Assembly: GCA_035714785.1 (NCBI GenBank)
Contig: DASTLQ010000004.1
Span: forward strand, 48,248 to 112,247
Length of the DNA stretch: 64,000 bases
Direction of reading: 5' to 3'
Origin: Minisyncoccota bacterium
Lineage (GTDB): Bacteria > Patescibacteriota > Minisyncoccia > Phycocordibacterales > UBA9973
Position 1 is the stretch's first letter. Each line of letters opens with the position of its first letter. This document shows, one piece after another, positions 56,854-64,000 of the stretch. Made by a program: the position numbers and the translations under genes. Under the pieces are notes generated by a model. That model saw nothing but the letters and a program-made list of their open reading frames with translations. It was not told where the DNA came from and searched no databases.

Positions 56854-56899
56854 CAACATGTAAGGGGACATGTAAGGGGACCCCTTACACCTTACACCC
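56854..56899. repeat. repeat copy R9 (palindrome module only)
   Basis: Reads CAACATGTAAGGGGACATGTAAGGGGACCCCTTACACCTTACACCC, directly after tRNA-Tyr. Confidence 0.8.
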
Positions 56900-56905
56900 A
56901 AAAAT

Positions 56906-57334
56906 ATGGACACAAATCCTGACAATAAAAAAAAGTTTTTAAAAAACAGTAAAAGGATTTTTATCTGTAACATCGTTGTTGTTCTAGGTTATATTGGCTT
57001 CTTTTTATTGGTAGGAGAAAATTTTGGTCTCATATTTGCATATTTGCCGTTGATAATAGCTTTGATGTTTCTTTCCTTGATTACAATAATATCCGATATA
57101 TATTTAGCGGTGCATTATTTTAAATACAAAGATTACAAAATGTTCTCCCTTGCTTTGCTTCTGTTAGTGATAGTGTCTTTTCCGTTTTATCTTCCATTAA
57201 TAAATTTATCTTCGAACAGTTCAAAATTGGAAAGGATGAATCAGCAACTTCTTTTCAACGAACAACAAGAAATGGCTGAGAAAGCCATATTAAAGGAACG
57301 AGATGAATTAATGAAAGAGCCAACGGGCATTTAA
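56906..57334 (+). CDS. hypothetical polytopic membrane protein (AT-rich)
   Basis: Three or four hydrophobic helices and a C-terminal charged tail. Confidence 0.3.
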   Translation: MDTNPDNKKKFLKNSKRIFICNIVVVLGYIGFFLLVGENFGLIFAYLPLIIALMFLSLITIISDIYLAVHYFKYKDYKMFSLALLLLVIVSFPFYLPLINLSSNSSKLERMNQQLLFNEQQEMAEKAILKERDELMKEPTGI

Positions 57335-57374
57335 CCTGTGGATAACATGTAAGGGGACCCCTTGCCCTTACACC
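57335..57374. repeat. repeat copy R10
   Basis: Reads CCTGTGGATAACATGTAAGGGGACCCCTTGCCCTTACACC, directly after the stop at 57334. Confidence 0.85.
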
Positions 57375-57443
57375 TTTGACTTTTATTGATAACATTGTAA
57401 TGTTTATATAGAAAAATTAAAACAATTATTTTAGAGGTGTAAA

Positions 57444-58001
57444 TTGAAAAAACAAATCAGTTTCTCTACGTTTTTAGCAACTTGGTTTATGTCTGGGTTG
57501 CTAAAACCCATTCCGCCATTTAAGGCGATGGCAGGGACATACGGTAGCTTTCTGGCGCTTCCTTTGTGTTATTTAGGGTTAATATATTCTGAAAATTTAT
57601 TTTTTAACACCACGCCAACTGATGCAGGAAAATTTGTTTTATACATGGCTCTGGTGGTAATGGTGTATTTTTTTGGCATGCTAACTGTACCTATTGCTGA
57701 AGATGAATTAGGGGAGCAAATAGACTGGAAGGGTAAAATCAAAACAAGGGATCAGAACCAGATTGTAATTGACGAGGTTTTGGGAATGCTAATTTCTTGC
57801 ATTCCGATACTTTTCGTACCGCGAAAGTTAGAGTATTTTCTGTTTGCTTTCGTGCTGTTTAGAATCTTTGATATTGTTAAGATCCCGCCAACCAGGTACT
57901 TTGATAAAATCAAAAGTGCCTTTGGGGTGATGATGGACGACGTGATCGCGGGAATATATGCCGCAGCGTCGTTATGGTTTTTGATTAAGTATTTATTGTA
58001 G
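57444..58001 (+). CDS. pgpA: phosphatidylglycerophosphatase A-like (PgpA family)
   Basis: AGTYGSFLALPL and IDEVLGMLIS resemble the PgpA motifs (GTFGSL, DEVVGM). Confidence 0.5.
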   Translation: MKKQISFSTFLATWFMSGLLKPIPPFKAMAGTYGSFLALPLCYLGLIYSENLFFNTTPTDAGKFVLYMALVVMVYFFGMLTVPIAEDELGEQIDWKGKIKTRDQNQIVIDEVLGMLISCIPILFVPRKLEYFLFAFVLFRIFDIVKIPPTRYFDKIKSAFGVMMDDVIAGIYAAASLWFLIKYLL

Positions 58002-58043
58002 CCGTTTTCAACACAAGAAGTCGTTGGAGACGGCTTTTTGTTT

Positions 58044-58119
58044 AGGGCGAAGGTGGACCCTTACTACACAAAAAAATGATTTAACCTGTGGATAACATGT
58101 AAGGGGACCCCTTACACCC
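58044..58119. repeat. repeat copy R11 (half hairpin module + DnaA-box module + palindrome)
   Basis: Reads AGGGCGAAGGTGGACCCTTAC...CCTGTGGATAACATGTAAGGGGACCCCTTACACCC. Confidence 0.85.
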
Positions 58120-58225
58120 TTGCTAGATTTCCAAAAATATGAAAGATGTGTTATGATACTTGAAAGCCCGCAGGCTTTTTTTGTTTGAGCGGCTTTTAAA
58201 ATTTTTTACTTAAATTACTTAAATT

Positions 58226-60031
58226 ATGGAAATCAGAAATATAGCAATCATCGCTCACGTGGACCACGGCAAGACTACTCTTACCGATGCTCTCATGCGC
58301 CAAAACGGCGCTGCGGAAGAAGAAGGATTTTCTATGGATTCCAACGCTATTGAAAAGGAGCGGGGGATTACTATTTATTCAAAAAATACTTCTATTTATT
58401 ACAAGGATACGAAGATAAACATCGTGGACACGCCAGGTCACGCGGATTTCGGCTCGGAAGTGGAGCGAGTATTACGGGCTATCGACTCTGTGCTCCTTCT
58501 AGTGGACGCAGTAGAAGGTCCTATGCCTCAGACTCGTTTTGTACTTAAAAAGTCTCTAGAGCTTGGTTTAAAGCCTATTGTGGTCATAAATAAGATAGAT
58601 AAGCCCGCTGCGGATGCTGATCGAGTGCATGAGGAAGTATTCGACCTATTCCTAGAGCTCGGTGCAACCAATGACCAAGCAGATTTCACTACGGTATATG
58701 CAATTGGCCGAGATGGAGTAGCATTTAAAAAAATGGGAGATGATTCTACCGACCTTTCTCCACTGCTAGATATTATTTTAGAAAAAGTACCCGCAGCTCC
58801 GGCAAATTTTAATGAAAAAATGTCCGCTCAGGTTTTCAATCTTGCATATGACAATTTCCTCGGACGTATGGCTATCGCTCGAATTTATTCAGGAAAGGTT
58901 ACTTCGGGCTCACAAATACTTGTAAAAGGAGAACATCCTGTCCGAAAAGGAAAGATCACTAAACTTTTTAGTTTCGAAGGGGTAGTCCGCAAGGAAATAC
59001 AAGAAGCTCAGTCTGGAGATATCGTGCTGGTGGCTGGAATTCCAGATATTTATATTGGTGAGACACTTTGTGAAGATGATGGAGTAGAGCCTATGCCCGC
59101 TATCGCTATTGATGAACCCACTCTGTCTTTAAATTTTCTAGTGAATGATTCTCCGTTTGCCGGAAAGGAAGGAAAATTTGTTACTTCGCGTCAATTAAAA
59201 GAAAGATTAGAAAAAGAGCTTGAGGTGAATGTTGGACTAAAAGTAGATTTTTCTCCTGACCAGGGAGAACAACTCGGTCCGTCTTTTTTCAAAATATATG
59301 GAAGAGGGGAACTGCACTTGGCGGTGCTTCTGGAAAACATGCGTAGAGAAGGATTTGAAATGCAGGTATCTCAGCCGGAGGTAATCATAAAAGAAGAAGA
59401 TGGAATCAAGAAAGAACCTTTCGAAGAAACTATCATTGACGTACCGATGGAATATTCTGGCACAGTTATAGAAAAGCTTGGAAAGCGCCGAGGGATGGTG
59501 ACAGATATGTCTGAGAAAAATGGAGTGATGAGAATTGTGGTTGAAATCCCTACCCGAGGACTCCTCGGATATCGTGGTGAATTTATCATCGATACCAAGG
59601 GAGAGGGGATCATTTCTTCGCGAGTCATTGGCTTTAAAGACTTTGCCGGGGATATAAAAAAGAGGGAATACGGATCCATGTCTTCAATGGTCTCAGGCAA
59701 GGCGGTGGCCTTTGCTCTTGCAAATCTACAGGAACGTGGTATACTATATATAGGTCATGGTACCGAAGTTTACGAAGGTATGGTGATTGGTAATGTTTCC
59801 AAGGGTGAAGATATGGCAGTAAACCCTTCTAAAGGAAAACAATTGACCAATATGCGAGCCTCTGGAACAGACGATGCTATATACCTCAATCCTCCTTTTA
59901 CCTTAAGTATTGAGCGAGGATTGGAAGTAATGAGTCACGATGAATATTTGGAAATAACTCCCGCTTCTGTCCGTCTTCGTAAGAAGCACTTGACGGAATT
60001 AGATCGAGTGCGCGCAACTAGAGCAAAATAA
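58226..60031 (+). CDS. typA: translational GTPase TypA/BipA
   Basis: IRNIAIIAHVDHGKTTL, DTPGHADF and NKID, followed by EF-G-like domains. Confidence 0.9.
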   Translation: MEIRNIAIIAHVDHGKTTLTDALMRQNGAAEEEGFSMDSNAIEKERGITIYSKNTSIYYKDTKINIVDTPGHADFGSEVERVLRAIDSVLLLVDAVEGPMPQTRFVLKKSLELGLKPIVVINKIDKPAADADRVHEEVFDLFLELGATNDQADFTTVYAIGRDGVAFKKMGDDSTDLSPLLDIILEKVPAAPANFNEKMSAQVFNLAYDNFLGRMAIARIYSGKVTSGSQILVKGEHPVRKGKITKLFSFEGVVRKEIQEAQSGDIVLVAGIPDIYIGETLCEDDGVEPMPAIAIDEPTLSLNFLVNDSPFAGKEGKFVTSRQLKERLEKELEVNVGLKVDFSPDQGEQLGPSFFKIYGRGELHLAVLLENMRREGFEMQVSQPEVIIKEEDGIKKEPFEETIIDVPMEYSGTVIEKLGKRRGMVTDMSEKNGVMRIVVEIPTRGLLGYRGEFIIDTKGEGIISSRVIGFKDFAGDIKKREYGSMSSMVSGKAVAFALANLQERGILYIGHGTEVYEGMVIGNVSKGEDMAVNPSKGKQLTNMRASGTDDAIYLNPPFTLSIERGLEVMSHDEYLEITPASVRLRKKHLTELDRVRATRAK

Positions 60032-60106
60032 TCCAAAATTTATTTGACACTTAAGGCATTCGTAAATATAATACTATAGATAGAGTGTCTTATAAATTTC
60101 TTACAT

Positions 60107-61135
60107 ATGTCAAACATATCATTTAAACCAAAACAGGTTACAAAGAAGATAACTTCTCATTTAGGCGACCGAACTCGCGATGTCATCATGAATCGCTATG
60201 GCCTAACTTCTGATGCAAAGAGAAAAACTCTTGAAGAAATTGGCCGTAAATACGGTATTACCCGCGAAAGAGTGCGCCAAATCGAAAATGTTGCCTTTAA
60301 TATGATCAAAAAATCATCTGCTTTTCACGAAGAAAAGGGAATTTTTGACGAGCTAAAGGAGCTTATTCACTCTCTAGGAGCAATCATATCTGAGCATGAT
60401 CTTCTTCATCATATTTCAAAGGATAAAGCTACTCAAAACCATATTCACTTCTACCTTCATCTCGGAGATCACTTCACAAAACACGCAGACGATCCTCACT
60501 TCAAATCTCGCTGGAGTATAAACGATGATATGGCACAAGTAGTGCATGATGCTTTAAGAAAATTATATGCAAATCTTTCTGACGAGGATCTTGTTCCTGA
60601 AAGTGAAATGATAAAAAAATTCTTTGATCAAATGAAGGATGTTTCTGAACACTATCGTGATGAAGAAATGGTAAAGCGATGGCTTTCTCTTTCGAAAACA
60701 ATTTCCAAAAATCCTCTTGGAGAATGGGGAAAGGCTACCTCACCAAATATTCGTACTCGTGGAGTAAAGGACTATGCATACTTGATCATGCGAAAACATG
60801 GATCCCCAATGCACTTCAGAGAAGTGGCGGATGCAATCACCAAGACTTTTAGCCGAAAGACCCACTACGCAACATGTCACAACGAGCTCATTAAAGATTC
60901 CCGTTTCGTACTTGTGGGACGCGGACTATATGCTTTAGCAGAATGGGGATACAAGACTGGTATTGCCCGAGACGTAATCAGGGATATTCTAAAACGAGAA
61001 GGTCCACTTTCCAAAGAAGAAGTGATAGAAAAGGTGATGAAGGAGCGATATTTCAAGAAAAACACTATTATCGTAAACCTTGTAAATTCTAAATATTTCA
61101 AAAAGACTAAAAACGGGATGTATACTTTAGCTTAA
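60107..61135 (+). CDS. DNA-binding protein with N-terminal sigma-70 region-4-like HTH plus uncharacterised C-terminal domain
   Basis: TLEEIGRKYGITRERVRQIENVAFNMIKK is a sigma70 region-4 HTH, here placed at the N-terminus. Confidence 0.4.
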   Translation: MSNISFKPKQVTKKITSHLGDRTRDVIMNRYGLTSDAKRKTLEEIGRKYGITRERVRQIENVAFNMIKKSSAFHEEKGIFDELKELIHSLGAIISEHDLLHHISKDKATQNHIHFYLHLGDHFTKHADDPHFKSRWSINDDMAQVVHDALRKLYANLSDEDLVPESEMIKKFFDQMKDVSEHYRDEEMVKRWLSLSKTISKNPLGEWGKATSPNIRTRGVKDYAYLIMRKHGSPMHFREVADAITKTFSRKTHYATCHNELIKDSRFVLVGRGLYALAEWGYKTGIARDVIRDILKREGPLSKEEVIEKVMKERYFKKNTIIVNLVNSKYFKKTKNGMYTLA

Positions 61136-61197
61136 CTCTTTTCTGGAAAGCCTCGACCCATCTAGCGGTCGAGGCTTTTTTGTACTAAAATATACAT

Positions 61198-62628
61198 ATG
61201 TGGAAATGGAAGGATCTGTCCAAGGATGTTATCGGGCCAATAGAGCTCGTTATTATTTTAGTCATTCTCTATACGCTTGCGTCTATGATTTTTCCTGCTC
61301 TGGCAGTCACTCTGTCTTCTGACGCAGGAATTGTAAATGTTGTCTTTTTCTATCTGTATAAATTTATCTTACTTATTTTCCCAGTGGCGGGAACTATCTT
61401 CTTACTATATTACGCTCACATGTTTTGGCTACATTATATTCGTGCAAACTTTATTTCTGGGATTACTTGGGTGTTGTTAGAAGTTACACCTCCGCGAGAC
61501 GTTTTAAGGTCCCCGAGAGCAATGGAGCTTTTTTTAAACAATGCTTTATATCATATGAGCGAAAAAAGTGGGCTTGAAATGTACTGGCAGGGAGCGGTAA
61601 GATTTTGGTTTTCACTTGAGATTGCTTCTATTGGCGGACAGGTTCGTTTTTATATACGTGCTCCGAGCAGGACCAAGGAATTGCTTGAGACTCAGATGTA
61701 TGCAGCATATCCGCAGTCACAGGTGAGAGTAGTAGAAGACTATACTCTAGCCGTGGATAAGATCACTGAAGACAGCAAATGGAACCTGTGGGGTTGTGAA
61801 TTCACTTATACAAACCCCGATGCTTATCCTATTAAAACTTACGTAGACTACGGCCTCGACAAGGATCCAAAAGAAGAACAGAAAGTAGATCCTATCGCTC
61901 CGGTGGTAGAGCTTTTCAGTGTGATTGGTAAAGATGAGCAGATGTGGTGCCAGATCGTCGTGGCTCCTTCAAAGAAACAATACAAGACTCCCGGAACTTT
62001 GTTTAAGACTCATGGATGGGTGGAAGAAGTTGAAGAGGAAATAAAGAGGCTCTTAATTCAATTTACCCGTCAGCACCCTAAACAACCAAACGGTATTACT
62101 CCTATAGAAATTCGACCACCGGATTTCTTGTCGGAGATTACCAAAAAGGCTAGCGCCAAAATGCTAAAGCTTGGTTTTGATACCGGAATAAGGGTTTGTT
62201 ATGTTGCTAAAAAAGAGGCTTTCAACATGAACAACAGACGTAATATTCGTATGATCTTTCGCCAGTATGCTGCTCCAAATTCAAATGAACTAGTGAGGGT
62301 GAATTCTACTCAGGCAGATGCTTTTGGAAAAAATCAATTCACCGCGTTTTTTCCACTTTCAACCAAAAAGGTTTATAAACTGGCTGATCGTATGTTGCTT
62401 GAATATAGAGAGCGAGAATTCTTTAATCCACCTATGAGACACAAGATTCATCTACCCTGGCCCCTTTCTCCATTGATCTTTCCGAATTTTTTTCATCACC
62501 ATATTATGGTCATGAATACCGAAGAAATTGCTACCCTTTGGCACTTCCCAGGTCAGATTTTGAAAGTACCAAGCCTAGAGCGTATCGAATCCAAGGAAGC
62601 TTCTCCTCCTACAAATCTTCCAATTTAA
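61198..62628 (+). CDS. hypothetical membrane protein (three N-terminal TM helices, large cytoplasmic domain)
   Basis: No nucleotide-binding or catalytic motif recognised. Confidence 0.35.
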   Translation: MWKWKDLSKDVIGPIELVIILVILYTLASMIFPALAVTLSSDAGIVNVVFFYLYKFILLIFPVAGTIFLLYYAHMFWLHYIRANFISGITWVLLEVTPPRDVLRSPRAMELFLNNALYHMSEKSGLEMYWQGAVRFWFSLEIASIGGQVRFYIRAPSRTKELLETQMYAAYPQSQVRVVEDYTLAVDKITEDSKWNLWGCEFTYTNPDAYPIKTYVDYGLDKDPKEEQKVDPIAPVVELFSVIGKDEQMWCQIVVAPSKKQYKTPGTLFKTHGWVEEVEEEIKRLLIQFTRQHPKQPNGITPIEIRPPDFLSEITKKASAKMLKLGFDTGIRVCYVAKKEAFNMNNRRNIRMIFRQYAAPNSNELVRVNSTQADAFGKNQFTAFFPLSTKKVYKLADRMLLEYREREFFNPPMRHKIHLPWPLSPLIFPNFFHHHIMVMNTEEIATLWHFPGQILKVPSLERIESKEASPPTNLPI

Positions 62629-62631
62629 TCT

Positions 62632-63507
62632 ATGAAAAAAATCGCTATCACCTGTGCAAGTGTGCTCTTCTTGGCAATAATATTTATTGTCTATGTTTTG
62701 AGTTCACCTCGCAGTTTTCCAGAGGACACTACTTTTAATATTGAAGAAGGAGAGTCGCTTCGAGGTCTTTCTCTGCTTTTAAAAAATGAAAATATTATTC
62801 GTTCCCGTCTTGCATTTGAAACTTTTGTAATTGCATATGGAGGGGAAAGAAGAATCCGAGAAGGGTACTATTTGTTTGAAAACAGAATTCCGGTTTTTGA
62901 AGTAGCCAGAAGAATGGCGCGAGGTGATCGGCATCTACTGCCTGTCAGAGTCACTATTCCCGAAGGATTTACAGTAAAGGAAATGGCGGAAGCATTTTCT
63001 TCCAAGCTTTCCATGTTTAATAAAGAGCAATTTATCACTCTTGCCAGTGAAAAGGAGGGATATCTTTTTCCTGACACTTACTTCTTATTTCCCAACGATA
63101 CTGACACAGAAGCTTTGAAGCTGATGGAAAAAAACTATGAAAGGAAAATTAAAAATATACGTGGAGATATAGAGAAGTCCGGTAAAACAGAAAATGAAAT
63201 CATCGTGATGGCATCTATCATTGAAAAGGAAGCCAAAGGTAGTGATGATAGAAATATGATTTCTGGAATATTGTGGAACAGAATTTCTATTGATATGCCT
63301 TTACAGGCCGATGCCGCTCCGGAAACGTATCAAAGGAAAGGATTGCCCGAGAAACCTATCGCTAACCCCGGACTTCTGGCCATCAATGCCGCTATAAATC
63401 CTACCCCCACTGATTATCTTTTTTATTTACATGACAAGACAGGGATGATTCATTATGCTGTCACTTATACGGAGCATAAAAAGAATATTGCAAAGTACTT
63501 AAAATGA
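62632..63507 (+). CDS. mltG: endolytic murein transglycosylase MltG (YceG-like)
   Basis: N-terminal TM helix and the YceG fold (EGYLFPDTYF, ITLASIIEKEA). Confidence 0.7.
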   Translation: MKKIAITCASVLFLAIIFIVYVLSSPRSFPEDTTFNIEEGESLRGLSLLLKNENIIRSRLAFETFVIAYGGERRIREGYYLFENRIPVFEVARRMARGDRHLLPVRVTIPEGFTVKEMAEAFSSKLSMFNKEQFITLASEKEGYLFPDTYFLFPNDTDTEALKLMEKNYERKIKNIRGDIEKSGKTENEIIVMASIIEKEAKGSDDRNMISGILWNRISIDMPLQADAAPETYQRKGLPEKPIANPGLLAINAAINPTPTDYLFYLHDKTGMIHYAVTYTEHKKNIAKYLK

Positions 63508-64000
63508 GAAATCAAAATTTTGCCTTTATAGATTTAGAAGCTACTGGAACAAATGTCATTCAACATGAGATTATCGAGATTGGTTGCGTGATTACGGATT
63601 CTGATTTGAATGTAATCGAAGAGTTTGAAATGAAAGTAAAACCAGAGCGGATAGAGGGTGCTGACCCGGTTGCTTTAAAAGTAAATCAATATGACGAATC
63701 GGCTTGGAAAGATGCATACAGTCTAGAGGAAGCGATGGAAATATTTAGTAAGAAAGTAAAAGGTTGTGTGATGGTAGGACAAAATGTTGCTTTCGATTCC
63801 GCTTTCTTGGAGCATGCTTTAGCAACGGTTGGTTTACCAAACGAAATGCATTACCACAAGCTCGACACTCTCTCTATCGCGTGGGCCAAGCTTCATCGAA
63901 ATACCGAGGTGCTTCGTTTTTCTCTACGTGAGCTTTGTGTAAAATTTGGAATAGTGAATGAAAAAGCCCATACCGCCCTATCGGATGCCAGAGCCACCTA
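63504..64000 (+). CDS. DEDDh 3'-5' exonuclease (DnaQ/epsilon-like), 3'-partial at window end
   Basis: Exo I FIDLEATG, Exo II GQNVAFDSAFL, and the beginning of Exo III (H..LSDA). Confidence 0.6.
   Translation, partial: MRNQNFAFIDLEATGTNVIQHEIIEIGCVITDSDLNVIEEFEMKVKPERIEGADPVALKVNQYDESAWKDAYSLEEAMEIFSKKVKGCVMVGQNVAFDSAFLEHALATVGLPNEMHYHKLDTLSIAWAKLHRNTEVLRFSLRELCVKFGIVNEKAHTALSDARAT

Overview
This window reads like a small-genome, AT-biased bacterium of the Candidate Phyla Radiation (Patescibacteria/Parcubacteria-like).

- **rRNA and tRNA.** It carries one 16S rRNA gene with no adjacent 23S/5S. The 16S is interrupted by a roughly 1 kb intron encoding a double-motif LAGLIDADG homing endonuclease, and it appears to lack the canonical CCUCC anti-Shine-Dalgarno tail. 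Five tRNAs are present: a minus-strand Leu(TAG)-Lys(CTT)-Leu(TAA)-Cys(GCA) cluster downstream of infB-rbfA, and a plus-strand Tyr(GTA).
- **Housekeeping genes.** These include guaA, secA, secG, gyrA, rpsA, infB, rbfA, clpB, typA, htrA, rnj, murE-murD-murC, mltG, radC, a cysteine desulfurase and dgkA. Many starts have no obvious SD.
- **Accessory content.** There are several secreted or cell-surface proteins: a zinc metalloprotease with Ig-like domains, a PG-binding/PKD-repeat giant protein, tandem paralogs sharing an identical 5' module, and a peptidase M15.
- **Main hunt results.**
  - A dispersed composite palindromic repeat occurs 11 times. Its core is CATGTAAGGGGWCCCCTTACATG, usually joined to a perfect DnaA-box 9-mer TGTGGATAA and sometimes to a GGGTCCACCTTCGCC...GGCGAAGGCGGACCC hairpin. 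It is mostly intergenic at gene 3' ends, but one copy lies in-frame inside murE.
  - A candidate cobalamin riboswitch with an intrinsic terminator lies on the minus strand, upstream of a large secreted protein. That protein pairs a DUF4430-like beta domain with a prenyltransferase-like alpha/alpha toroid, which is a transcobalamin-like architecture.
  - A cluster of five genes (seven modules) encodes two-TM pilin-like small proteins resembling the CPR T4SS-pilin/VirB2-TrbC family, followed by an SPFH/band-7 pair.
  - A second, free-standing LAGLIDADG gene abuts tRNA-Tyr, flanked by repeat copies.
  - A 34-aa Lys/Ala-rich basic mini-protein gene lies upstream of secA.

All calls rest on reading the sequence and the supplied ORF translations. 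No database searches were run.
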